DNA from: Spirochaetia bacterium
GTDB taxonomy: Bacteria > Spirochaetota > Spirochaetia > SZUA-6 > Bin103
Length of the DNA: 64,000 nucleotides
Direction of reading: 5' to 3'
Assembly (NCBI GenBank): GCA_965198005.1
Contig: CBDAOI010000002.1
Span: forward strand, 640,001 to 704,000
Position numbers and translations under genes: made by a program. The notes beneath the pieces are model-generated. The model was not told where the DNA came from, searched no databases, and saw only the letters and a program-made list of their open reading frames with translations. Of this stretch, positions 50,909 to 60,865 are shown piece by piece. Every line of letters starts with the position of its first letter. Within the stretch, counting starts at the first letter, position 1.

Positions 50909-51961
50909 TTACTTATAGGTCGAGCAGGCTGGACACGTGACAGCCTCCCCCGGATTACTTGCCGCGCGATGATAGTCTATGGCATCAAGACAACCGCTAT
51001 TGATCAAACCACTGACCTGATTCTCGAATGCTGCTCGATCAACAGCGTACATACCACCCCGTGCGCCTTCAAAACTGCAATTCCAGGCCGCAAGTGCTTG
51101 TCCATAGAGCAGAGCCGCGTGCACGCCGCGGGCACCGACCCGGCGTAGCCCCCTCTGCCCGCCGACAGACGTCTTAGCAATCAATCCTGCTGTGCACCAG
51201 TCGCCCGAGCCACAGGGATCGGCGACCCGTGGCACCCGAAAAGGCTTCTGATGCATCCACTTGGACACCCGGGCTCCCCGCCCCAGCCGATGGCGATACT
51301 TCAGACCTCGTTCTCCAAGCGTATGCACCTCAAGCAGTGGCCCAGACGCACTGTCGATCGAGCCCCAGATGTCAACCGGACGTCCGTGCGCATACTTCAC
51401 GACGTGGGCGAGTGAAATCGCCTCTGCCACTAACCTTCCATCTGCCCGTCCGGATGGTTCAAACACTACCACAGCCCCGTGAGACGACGCCTCGGCAGCC
51501 AGAGCAAGGATCGCACGCGACGGCCGATCAAAAAAAAACACTGACGCATCTGAGACTTCCGGCTTGACTCTCTCTGCCGAAGAAACCGTGATAGGCTTAA
51601 AACTCGGCAGCCTCTTACCGCACTGCGGGCACGACCAAGAAAAACGATGCCGTGGACGGCTGTCTCCCTCAAGTACTATTTCATGAACTACCATGGGCGT
51701 GTCACTGGTCGGAGCGCAGCTAGTCCAATCCAGGTGAACTCCCCAGCGCCCCATATCCCTACGAATCCGCTCCGAACCAGCGTCGCCCCTCATCCGCGCG
51801 ACCGGGTAAGCATCCCATCCAAGCCACGACAGAATGCACAATACATTCCCACAAGTTCCACCCGTCCAACAGCCAATGGGTACATCCGGCTGCCAACTAA
51901 TGACCACATCAAGGGCTATTAACCCTGTCCCATAAACTTTCGGGTGAGTAACTGAATTCAT
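50909..51961 (-). CDS. PfkB/ribokinase-family kinase with Cys motifs
   Basis: G.GLIALD, GGTCGNV, TLGERG, DPCGSGD anion-hole motif; CPQC insert and terminal CPAC. Confidence 0.85.
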   Translation of the reverse strand: MNSVTHPKVYGTGLIALDVVISWQPDVPIGCWTGGTCGNVLCILSWLGWDAYPVARMRGDAGSERIRRDMGRWGVHLDWTSCAPTSDTPMVVHEIVLEGDSRPRHRFSWSCPQCGKRLPSFKPITVSSAERVKPEVSDASVFFFDRPSRAILALAAEASSHGAVVVFEPSGRADGRLVAEAISLAHVVKYAHGRPVDIWGSIDSASGPLLEVHTLGERGLKYRHRLGRGARVSKWMHQKPFRVPRVADPCGSGDWCTAGLIAKTSVGGQRGLRRVGARGVHAALLYGQALAAWNCSFEGARGGMYAVDRAAFENQVSGLINSGCLDAIDYHRAASNPGEAVTCPACSTYK

Positions 51962-53049
51962 ATTGTCGGGCGGCCCTCCGGATACACTTCGCCCTCCAAC
52001 CATAAATGTACGATACTTGGCTGAACAACTGTGTCCAGTACACTTTCCATCATGTCGTAGCCAATTGACTCAAGATAAGCCACGGGCAAGTCGCGCTCCA
52101 ACGCCGCCAGAAGAGCGCCAAGTGCCATCACTTTGCTGCCATGCGGGGAGAGAACGAGCATCGAACCTCCGGTCTCCGAGAATACCGCGTTCCGAAGGTC
52201 ATCTAGTCTAAGAAGAGTCCGATAGAGGTCCAACGGATCTCCCTCGTCGGCGTACACGATGTTGCGCGCATCGACCGACCATGTGTTCTCGAAGTCGGCC
52301 AGATATTCCTCCGCCAGCCTGTCGCCGAAACGAGGGTCTGTGGCTGGAAACGGAAGTATGGGGCACGTATCGTGAGGGTCAACGAAATCGTAGAGGCGCG
52401 TGAGTGCTCCCCGCATCCCAAAAGCCAGCTGTGGGAGCCACAACCGTGCCGCACCGCTGGCTTCAGAGAGAGTCGAGCGCCCCTTGAAACCATGAACGTA
52501 GGCCGGTACGTCGCCGGGGACTGGGCGTATCTTGTCATCAAGGAGTGGATCGTGAACAACGACTACATGTAGATTGGTCTGTCGTCCGTGCCGACCGATA
52601 AGCTCGACGAAGTAGCGAATTATGGGGAATATGGTGCCTGCGGACAACGCACTAATATCGACTACAATATCAGTTACACCATTCAGACTCTGTTGACGAA
52701 GGACGTTTATTATGTTCCGTCCTCCGACCACGGCACCGTCCTGCCCAAAGATGTCGATCGATGCGACTTGGGAGTCGGGGAGCACATTGAGAATGACGCT
52801 GGTGTTCTCGTTCGCCCGGTTGGATTGCCCCCGCGGCGGATTGGGGCGGTCCTCTCGGATCAACAGTGCACGTACATTGATCGTCTCATTGGCGAGCCGT
52901 TCAGCGACAATACATGATCGAGGATCGAACCCCGCGCCTGCGACAAGAAAGGCTAGGCGGTGGGGCTGGGCAAAGTAACGCGCGAGGAACCGATCGACGT
53001 CGTCCCCACTGTGGGCGACACAGGGATCCCAGTGGGATCGGTAGTCCAC
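51958..53049 (-). CDS. Hypothetical protein (363 aa)
   Basis: Intact ORF coupled on both sides; GAGFDPR, VVDISAL, CPILPFP, LSPHGSK..ALG. Confidence 0.7.
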   Translation of the reverse strand: MDYRSHWDPCVAHSGDDVDRFLARYFAQPHRLAFLVAGAGFDPRSCIVAERLANETINVRALLIREDRPNPPRGQSNRANENTSVILNVLPDSQVASIDIFGQDGAVVGGRNIINVLRQQSLNGVTDIVVDISALSAGTIFPIIRYFVELIGRHGRQTNLHVVVVHDPLLDDKIRPVPGDVPAYVHGFKGRSTLSEASGAARLWLPQLAFGMRGALTRLYDFVDPHDTCPILPFPATDPRFGDRLAEEYLADFENTWSVDARNIVYADEGDPLDLYRTLLRLDDLRNAVFSETGGSMLVLSPHGSKVMALGALLAALERDLPVAYLESIGYDMMESVLDTVVQPSIVHLWLEGEVYPEGRPTI

Positions 53050-53050
53050 T

Positions 53051-54952
53051 TCAGTCCTCGTCCATCAGGTTGATCAGATCATGGCTACGTCGCTCAAGGA
53101 AGCCGCCGCGCTTTAGCGTCAGTCCATGGTGAAGACGTAGTACACCGCCCAGCTCGATGAGGCACCATAGCCGTTTTTTTGTGCTGTGATTTGGGACCAT
53201 CACGAATGCGTTATAGGCGATACCAAACTGAAGCACCTGTGCTAGGTGTGGAAGATCTTGAGGAATGGTGTTGAACTCATCTTGTGGGATACCGAAGGCA
53301 GTAGCACCGCCGCGGAGTGACGCATTACCCTCTAGGCTTTTCGCGACGCATTCGGCGGCCATGCCGTCGGCTATCCGGCGGACAAATCGACATTGGGGGA
53401 AGCTCCACTCATCCACCATCTGTGTCGCACGTTCCCGGAGTAGCTTGTGTTGTAGACCGCTTGGGAGCGTGGCGTTCTTTCCGCGGATGAGCTGAGTCTC
53501 TGCCTGTGAGACGAGACGAGCGCAGAGCTGCAAGAACTGCTCAGCATTCTCCGAACTCGCGTCGCTCAAGGTGTCGATACCGAAAAAATACGGAAGTTCG
53601 TACTTATGCAACAAGTGGATGCGTGCTCCGTCGGCGACGCCAGAATCGACCTTCAGAGGTCGACTAAGCTCCAACATCTCTTCGTCGTCCACGAACAGAC
53701 TAGGTTGCACGCGATTAGCGTGACGCTCAAAAAGCACCGAAAGAATACCTAGCCTGAGGGCTTCGGAGCTCTCCCCGGTATTCGCGAGGTAATCGTCAAT
53801 CATTTTCTCAAAGCTGACACGACGCTCGTGTGGAACTCGGCGCTGACGCTGCAGGACATCGACTTCTTTTGTTAGTTGCTGGCGCTTACCGGTGGGGAGC
53901 TCCGCCGCCATGGTCGGCAGCAGATCACCGAGGCTGTTGAGACGACGGCGGTTGAACACCTCCATCTGACTCAGGTATCGCCCAGCCATATCTTTGGCCA
54001 TCGTACGAAACGCTCGCCGCTGTTTCGTACGATTTTCACCGCCCTGCATCCAGATGACCGTCATTTCTCGTGAGCGCTTGAGTGCGGACTCCTCGGAATC
54101 AGTAGTCTGACCCAGAAGCACGTCCCTTGGCGTAAGCGCATCGAGCCGCGTTAGTACCCATCTTGAGACCTTGAGGTCGCGCTGTGAAAGCCAACGCCAA
54201 AGCGCTAAGAGCTGACTGGGATGTAGACTATGTGCGTCGTCAAAGATGATTAGCGGACGGAGGTCCAGGGTATCCTGACGATATTTGATCCGGAATGCCT
54301 CAATGACGTCGAACGGTCGGTAAGCGGCGCTTGCCTCACGGTCGATACTCTCAACACCCGGCGGCAGGAGAGCAGCCGATATGCGATAGATTGCGCGCTC
54401 GACGATTCGGGCGCGCTCGCGCAAACCCGGTCCCTCTGTGCCCCCAATCTCGGTGAGTGCCGCGTCGGCATCGGAGCGCGGAATAATCTCGACTTGGTCA
54501 AGCGGCACTCCCGCCGCTTCGACGTTCCGAAGCCAAGCGAGTACGGAACGCGCCTGGAGAAGTTCGATCATCAGTCCTGTCTTGAGTTCATCAGTGTAAT
54601 CGAACTCCCAAAAATCCCGGTATTCAGCCTGGAGTGGGAGGCGAGCACCGATAAGAGTTGGCCGCTCCTCCTTAATCGCTCCGCAGTTCGTGAGTGTGTC
54701 AATTAACGGCCTATAGTTGGTCATCCCCCGATTACCTAACAATGTGCTCAGCGCTGTAAACTCGAAGAGTCGCGCCAACGTCGTCTTCCCGCTACCCGGG
54801 GTGCCGACAATCACTGCTAGTCGATCGTAGAGTCTCTCTTCTTTGGCCGGCTTCTGGAAAAACCTCGCGACTGGTTCTGGAGTGACCAAGGCGAGAAATG
54901 CCTCATCGTCCCGGAGGTATTCAGTCGCTCTTTTTTCAAACGGATTTGCCAT
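53051..54952 (-). CDS. P-loop ATPase (ORC/CDC6-like or STAND-related)
   Basis: MANPF, Walker A GTPGSGKTT, Walker B LIIFDDAH. Confidence 0.8.
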   Translation of the reverse strand: MANPFEKRATEYLRDDEAFLALVTPEPVARFFQKPAKEERLYDRLAVIVGTPGSGKTTLARLFEFTALSTLLGNRGMTNYRPLIDTLTNCGAIKEERPTLIGARLPLQAEYRDFWEFDYTDELKTGLMIELLQARSVLAWLRNVEAAGVPLDQVEIIPRSDADAALTEIGGTEGPGLRERARIVERAIYRISAALLPPGVESIDREASAAYRPFDVIEAFRIKYRQDTLDLRPLIIFDDAHSLHPSQLLALWRWLSQRDLKVSRWVLTRLDALTPRDVLLGQTTDSEESALKRSREMTVIWMQGGENRTKQRRAFRTMAKDMAGRYLSQMEVFNRRRLNSLGDLLPTMAAELPTGKRQQLTKEVDVLQRQRRVPHERRVSFEKMIDDYLANTGESSEALRLGILSVLFERHANRVQPSLFVDDEEMLELSRPLKVDSGVADGARIHLLHKYELPYFFGIDTLSDASSENAEQFLQLCARLVSQAETQLIRGKNATLPSGLQHKLLRERATQMVDEWSFPQCRFVRRIADGMAAECVAKSLEGNASLRGGATAFGIPQDEFNTIPQDLPHLAQVLQFGIAYNAFVMVPNHSTKKRLWCLIELGGVLRLHHGLTLKRGGFLERRSHDLINLMDED

Positions 54953-54964
54953 ATAACATGTCCC

Positions 54965-55929
54965 CTAAAGGTGTCGCTGGCGACGACGAAAGAGCGGGCG
55001 CATTCCTGGTGCTTGAATGTTGCCTCGAACCCCACCATCGCTCTCGGCCCAAAGCAGAGCAATCGCGTTGTTAGGCGTGTTGTGTGCGAGCACAAGAGGG
55101 AGCGCGCAGCCACCATAGCCAAGGCCTAGATGACTCACGCCGCCGATTTCGGTATGTTTCGTCTGGATTATCGGGTCGTAGTAGATCTGCGTGAGTCTTA
55201 TGAAGTCGTCATGCACGCCGGAACCAGCTCGAATCGGAAGTTCAGGCGGAAGCACCATGCCGAAGGAAGTCCGGGGAGTCTTCCTCCAGCTATCGGGGAA
55301 CGCGTCGCTCGCCTCTTTGAGACGCTCGCTGATTGCTCCTGCGGCTTCCGACGATGCTACATAGTGGTGCACGCAAAGCACCCAGTTATCCTCGAATAGC
55401 TGATCATCCGGAAGCGTGGCATTGGCGATTTCCACTTCACCTGAGTGACTTGAACGAATTGTTCGTTGGTAAGTAAGCCCGCATTCGCGTGGCGAATCGT
55501 GTCTATACGTGCTCCGTCGCTCAATCCCATGAATAGCGTCTGGCGGCGCAATCGCTCGGTGGCCGCGTGGGCGGCCGAGTCGGCGAGCACTCGATAAGGC
55601 TGAATGCCGTATTCGGCTGCGACAAGGCGTACTATATGTTCTCGGACAATGCGCGGATAGAACTGCTCCACGAGCCGCTGCATCTCTATCTGGCCGATGT
55701 AGACGAGGGAGCGACGCACGAAGGTGTAAGCGGTATCCCGCTCGTGTGCCTCGAACTGCTGGAGCCACGTGACCAAATTCTCAATAAAGCGCATACCAGC
55801 CTGGAAGGCTTGGTAGCCATCGTATTTTAGACGCGCCATCAGCTTCAGCCAAGCGAACTCTTGACGGGCTTGATAATCAGTCCAATTCATGATCTGGCCG
55901 AGGACTTTCAGACCAAGGTCCTGATTCAT
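54965..55929 (-). pseudogene. PRTase-like protein, frame-broken by a probable internal deletion at ~55430
   Basis: N-part (WLQQF..ER..AY, LFMGLSDGARID) and C-part (GYGGCALPLVLAHNTPNN..LLW..PLFRR) are in different frames; span is 965 bp; no hhhDD..SG loop remains. Confidence 0.65.
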
Positions 55930-57869
55930 TCGAGTGATCCAGCCCCAAACCTCAGCCGGCCGTCTTGTACTTCTAGTGCCGAGAGATACTCGAACGTGAC
56001 GACCGGACCGCGCTGACCTGGCTGCCCCAGATGCCAACAGGTTGCGGGGTCGGTGCTGATTTCATCAACTCCGAGTGCAAACGGTTCGCTGAGCAACTCA
56101 TGGTCGTTGCCCGGCCAACGGCCGCGATCGCCGATCACGAGGATAGGCTCGTCGCCAACCGTCTCGCGTAGCCGTCTAACGACGTTCATCTTGGACACGC
56201 CGGGCGCAACGATATCCACCGAATGGCTGGAGCGGGTGACGGCGACTCCCTGGATGCCGGTTGTCCGGATCACTTGATGGGCGAGATCCCAAAGTCGACA
56301 CTCGCGCATGATCCTTGTGGCCTCAAGCGTGATTTGTAAGGGGCGCTCTTCCTGGCAGACGAATTCAGCAAGCTCTGGCTGATGGCGCAATGCGTGTGCA
56401 AGTGGCCGAAGGCAATCGTGGGCTCTCTCGGTTCCATCCGGCGAGTCGTTGTTATCGAGCGACGCGACTTCAGCGCCGTTGTAGTATCCAACGAGAATGA
56501 GAGGCCAGAGCGGGCGAGCAAGGCGCTCCTGAAGGTCGCGTCGGACCGATGCGCCGCGGCCAGTTGCGATCCCAATATACGCACCGGCGCTGGCTAGGCG
56601 AGCGAGTTCGGAGGCCATTTCCGGATCCACGGGTTCGGAGCGACGCCGGGTATCGACCACCGTTCCATCGTAGTCGAGAACGACTCCGGCGAATCGAGCG
56701 TCCCGCAAACGGGCAAGGAACGCGGTGAGCGCATCGTGCCAGCGGCCGATCTCCGTTAGCGTGGCTACGTTACTTTGATCGACGTTTGCTTTCCGCGCGA
56801 TCGCTGCGGACACACGTGGCGTAAGACGCGACGACCCGGTAGCGCACTTGGAGCGTGGGAGACTCAAGTTATAGAGTCTACGTCCGAACTCGGGGACGCC
56901 GGGACGTCCGGGGTCGATCCCCCGGATGCATCCAACCCATCCCGTGATCCTCAACGCTGCGAGCAGCGATGCAAGTGCTACTGCACTCGGCCCACCCTGG
57001 AAAACGATCCGTGCTTGGGGGACGCCGATGGGAATCAGGTCAAGCGTCCGCTCGGCGAGCACGCGATCCGCACTTGTGACGAAGGCGAGCACAGCGCTCG
57101 TGCCGCTGCGCTTGGCGAGCCAATGATGTCGTCCGTGGGCGAAGTTCCGGTAGTCGGCAAGCTGAACGTGGCCCAGCGCGGCCTCCGTAAACTTCGACTC
57201 GAGATCGATCGCTCCAATCCGCGTTGCAGGGCCATGAAGGACGAGTGTGGTGGGCCGCGTCCAGAGCGGAGCTGTGGTCGCTTCCCACGCTTCCAGGTCA
57301 GCGGTGGCATCCCGAAGCAGCGGCTTCAGTTGGTCCACCGTGTCCCGCCAACCCTTATGTGAACCGAACTCGGCAGCGTAGGCTCGGGTCAGAAGCGAGG
57401 TGAAGCCGAATAGCGAATTGGTGGCGAGGAAGCCGTCCTTGCCGGCGGGTGGTGGGTAGAGGAGCAGGTCGACGAATGCGTGCTGTCGGCAGAGGTTGAC
57501 CAAAGGACTGACCTCACGCCCGCATAGGACGGCGATCTGGCGCGGCTCACGTAGGATCAACGTCTCTGCCGCCGCCATGATGTCGTTGTTGCTCCCTCTA
57601 GCGCTTAGCAGCCATGTGGCGATGGTCGCATCGAGTGGCTCGTCAGTTGCGTCGAGCGGCGTGGCCACCGTGGATAGGAGGCCCGTGTAGCGCTGATGCA
57701 GACCGGCTAGCGCATGGGCACCGGTGAGTGATCCCCCGGAACCGATTACTCGAAGCGGCGAACGACCGGCGACACGAACGGCTTGTTGCATAGGCCGGAG
57801 GTCGGCTTCCTCTGCCCAAGCGAACGTCTCGGCCAGCATCGCCATCTCTCCCGTATATGGCCGTGCCAT
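55926..57869 (-). CDS. SIS (sugar isomerase-like) + HAD phosphatase fusion
   Basis: IGSGGS, LLSARG, ESKFTEAAL..DYRNFAHGRH (SIS); VLDYDGT, IATGRG, VSK, IGD....GND (HAD motifs I-IV). Confidence 0.8.
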   Translation of the reverse strand: MARPYTGEMAMLAETFAWAEEADLRPMQQAVRVAGRSPLRVIGSGGSLTGAHALAGLHQRYTGLLSTVATPLDATDEPLDATIATWLLSARGSNNDIMAAAETLILREPRQIAVLCGREVSPLVNLCRQHAFVDLLLYPPPAGKDGFLATNSLFGFTSLLTRAYAAEFGSHKGWRDTVDQLKPLLRDATADLEAWEATTAPLWTRPTTLVLHGPATRIGAIDLESKFTEAALGHVQLADYRNFAHGRHHWLAKRSGTSAVLAFVTSADRVLAERTLDLIPIGVPQARIVFQGGPSAVALASLLAALRITGWVGCIRGIDPGRPGVPEFGRRLYNLSLPRSKCATGSSRLTPRVSAAIARKANVDQSNVATLTEIGRWHDALTAFLARLRDARFAGVVLDYDGTVVDTRRRSEPVDPEMASELARLASAGAYIGIATGRGASVRRDLQERLARPLWPLILVGYYNGAEVASLDNNDSPDGTERAHDCLRPLAHALRHQPELAEFVCQEERPLQITLEATRIMRECRLWDLAHQVIRTTGIQGVAVTRSSHSVDIVAPGVSKMNVVRRLRETVGDEPILVIGDRGRWPGNDHELLSEPFALGVDEISTDPATCWHLGQPGQRGPVVTFEYLSALEVQDGRLRFGAGSLE

Positions 57870-57984
57870 GGTCGCCTAACTGCCCTCCCAGGCTGTCCTC
57901 GTCCAGTGACGCACAAGATGGACACAGGATGGTGGAGTCTCGTCGCTCTTGCAAGGACAGGGAAACCGGACCTGCCTGGAGCAA

Positions 57985-58413
57985 ATCTCGCTGCGCGCGC
58001 CGGGCGTGACCCGCGCCCAGGTGGAGGCGGCGGCCGACGCGGTGGGCGCGACCCGGTTCATCCGCGCCCTGCCGCGCGGCTTCGACCACGACGTGCTGGA
58101 GGAGGGCAAGTCGCTCTCCTCGGGCCAGAAACAGTTGCTGGCCTTCGCCCGCGCCTTCCTGCTCGACCCCGGCGTGGTGATCATGGACGAGGCCACCGCC
58201 AGCGTCGACGCCGAATCGGAGCGGGTCATCGAGACCGCGCTCGACACTCTGCTGCACGGCCGCACCGCGATCATCATCGCCCACCGCCTGTCCACGATCC
58301 GCTCGGCGCAACGCGTCCCGGTGCTCCACCACGGCCGCCTGACCCCACGGCCGCTACGGTGCTGGAGGCCGGCACCCACGCCCACCTCCTGGCCCACGAC
58401 GGCGTCTACGCCC
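57985..58413 (+). repeat. Degenerate duplicate of the 3' end of the ABC gene (copy of ~50404-50812)
   Basis: Near-identical DNA (ISL..TRAQVEAAADAVG...HDGVYA) with a few substitutions and a ~20-bp insertion near 58341. Confidence 0.92.
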
Positions 58414-58641
58414 AGATTGATGATCGGCTGCGAAAGAAGGCGGAGAATGGCTGGACGTTGTCTCGATTGTGGGTGATGGGACATCTCGGCGGCGTCCCGG
58501 ATGTCTGAACCGCTACGTATCGCGGCAGTCACGTTGCGGCCCGAGGGTTCGGCTGCGTTCGGCTCCGCGTCGACAGGTAGGACGGGCGCAGGATGGGGTG
58601 GGGTCTATAAACGTTCCACGGCCGCTGGGGCCGGTGTCAGC

Positions 58642-60831
58642 TCACGTCCGATCGTGGGGTGGTTCTACGCGCACGTCGGGCAGCCATGCCAGCCACGACG
58701 GCAGGTACCAGTTCCCGCGGCCCAGGATCTCCATGGTGGCCGGCACCAGGATCGAGCGCACCAGCGTCGCATCGAGCAGCACCGCGACGGCGAGCCCGAA
58801 TCCCACTTGCTGGTTGATGATGGTCTTCCCTGACGCGAAGGCGCCGAACACTGCGACCATGATCAGAGCAGCCCCCGTGATCAACCCGGCGGTGGAGCGC
58901 AGCCCATACGCTACCGCGTCCGCATTGTTCCCGGTCTGATCGTAGCGCTCGCGGATCCGGCTCAGCAGGAAAACATGGTAGTCCATGGAAAGACCGAAGA
59001 CGATGGCGAACAGGAACAGCGGGATCCACACGTCGATCACTGCGGCGTGTTGAAATCCCAGAAGGTCCGTCGCCATCCCCTTCTGAAATACCAGCACCAT
59101 CAGGCCGTAGGCGGTCCCAATGGACAGCAGGTTCATGAACACCGCCTTTATCGGGACCACGATTGACCGAAAGACAAGCAGCAATACCGCGAAACCGAGA
59201 CCGAGCACGAACGCGAATACGATCGGCGTGTACCTTTCCACTACGGCAAAAAGATCCGCGGTAACCGCGGTTTCCCCGCCAACGAATACTTCCGCCGAGA
59301 CGCCCTCGAATGCCGCCGGAATGTATTGCTCGCGCAGCACTGAAACCGCCTCGACGGTAGTGTGACTTCGCGGCTCTCCGGGAAGCGGGAGGGTCATCAA
59401 GGCCAGATCCCCGGAAGGGCCGTGTACGATGACCGGAGGTATGGGAAACCTGGCATCCTCGGTCAACGAGCTCGCCAGGCGTGCGATCGCCGCCTGCACC
59501 TGCGGACTGCCGAGGTCTCCCTCGATGACAATCTCGGCAGGATTGACCAGACCGAAAGAGAACTTCTCCTCCAGAACGAAGAAGGCTTCCTTGGTTCGAG
59601 CCCCGTCGGGGAACGTGTCCAACCCATTGATCCCCGTCTCTATTTGAAAGTAGAACAGCGTGCAGGCGACCATCGGACCGCCGATCGCGAGGATGCTGAC
59701 GATCGGGAACTTCGTTACGAGTCGCGTGGTTTTGCCCCAGAAACCGTCGGCCGCACCGTAGCCGCCAGCGTCGCTTCGTCTTCGGACGAAAGGGATCCTC
59801 AAGCGATCGATAGCCGGTCCCAGCAAGGCAAGCGCAGCAGGCAGCAGTGTCAGGGTGGCCCCGAGTGCGACCATGACGACCACAATGGCGCCGATGCCAA
59901 GCGACCGGAAGAACGTCGCCGGCACGATCAACATCCCGCACAGAGAGACGACCGTGGTGACACCGCTGAACAGCACCGTCCGACCCGCCGTTTCGCCAGC
60001 TCGGATCACCGCCTCGAGCTTGCCCAGGCCGCGGCTCAGCTCCTCTCGGAATCGCGATACCATGAGGAGCGAATAGTCGATCCCTACCGCCATACCGATC
60101 ATGCTCACCATCATCGTCACGAAGAACACCAACTGAAATGCCTGACCGATCAGCGCGACCATTCCCAACGCGACGATGATCGCCACGATTGCAAGCCCGA
60201 TCGGTAGCAGCGCGGCCACGATACTGCCGAAGAGCACGAGCAGAATGATCAGCGCCACGGGAAGGCCGAACCGCTCGCCCTGCTCCAGGTCATGTCTGCT
60301 CAGCTCGTTGGTCTCGAAGGCGATGCTGGCAGCTCCACCCATCAGCACGCGGAAATCATCTTCCTCGTCCGCCTTGGCGACGAGGTCCACGACCCTCGCG
60401 ACGTTCGCCGTAGCCTCATCGAAGTCGCCGGCCATGACCACCTGCACTATGGTGGTCTTGCGGTCGCGTGACACGAGAGTTTCGTCATTCGTCTGATAGT
60501 AATTCCGACCAGCGGCCACAACGCCACTTCCGAGCGAGAGGATCTCGGCGGAGATGGACTCGACCTTCTGTCGAAGCTCCGGGGCATCGACCGTGAGCGT
60601 GTCCGACTGTATCACGACCAGTTCGAGCATCGGTTTGCGCCCTCGAAGCTTTTCCTCCAGGAGTCGGGAAGCCACCGCGGACTCGGCATTCCCGGATAGC
60701 GTCAATTCCGTGGTGGTGGCGCCTGTAAGCATGGTCCGGATGAGAATCGCCGCAATCGCCACGAGCGCTATCCAAACGCCTATTGTGGCCCACGGCCGGC
60801 GCACACTGACTCGAGCCAAGAAAGCGGGCAT
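58642..60831 (-). CDS. MMPL-family transporter
   Basis: AVGIDYSL..SRFREE, AGRTVLFSG, FGLSMDYHVFLLSRIRE, LDATLVR..LVPA. Confidence 0.93.
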   Translation of the reverse strand: MPAFLARVSVRRPWATIGVWIALVAIAAILIRTMLTGATTTELTLSGNAESAVASRLLEEKLRGRKPMLELVVIQSDTLTVDAPELRQKVESISAEILSLGSGVVAAGRNYYQTNDETLVSRDRKTTIVQVVMAGDFDEATANVARVVDLVAKADEEDDFRVLMGGAASIAFETNELSRHDLEQGERFGLPVALIILLVLFGSIVAALLPIGLAIVAIIVALGMVALIGQAFQLVFFVTMMVSMIGMAVGIDYSLLMVSRFREELSRGLGKLEAVIRAGETAGRTVLFSGVTTVVSLCGMLIVPATFFRSLGIGAIVVVMVALGATLTLLPAALALLGPAIDRLRIPFVRRRSDAGGYGAADGFWGKTTRLVTKFPIVSILAIGGPMVACTLFYFQIETGINGLDTFPDGARTKEAFFVLEEKFSFGLVNPAEIVIEGDLGSPQVQAAIARLASSLTEDARFPIPPVIVHGPSGDLALMTLPLPGEPRSHTTVEAVSVLREQYIPAAFEGVSAEVFVGGETAVTADLFAVVERYTPIVFAFVLGLGFAVLLLVFRSIVVPIKAVFMNLLSIGTAYGLMVLVFQKGMATDLLGFQHAAVIDVWIPLFLFAIVFGLSMDYHVFLLSRIRERYDQTGNNADAVAYGLRSTAGLITGAALIMVAVFGAFASGKTIINQQVGFGLAVAVLLDATLVRSILVPATMEILGRGNWYLPSWLAWLPDVRVEPPHDRT

Positions 60832-60865
60832 GGCTAAGCTCCTCCGGTGTGAAGTGTCTGATCGC

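Noticed and set aside
58414-58640. Possible hairpin/terminator or small ORF after the duplicated ABC segment
   Set aside because: Only a weak GACATC/GATGTC inverted repeat, without a U-tract
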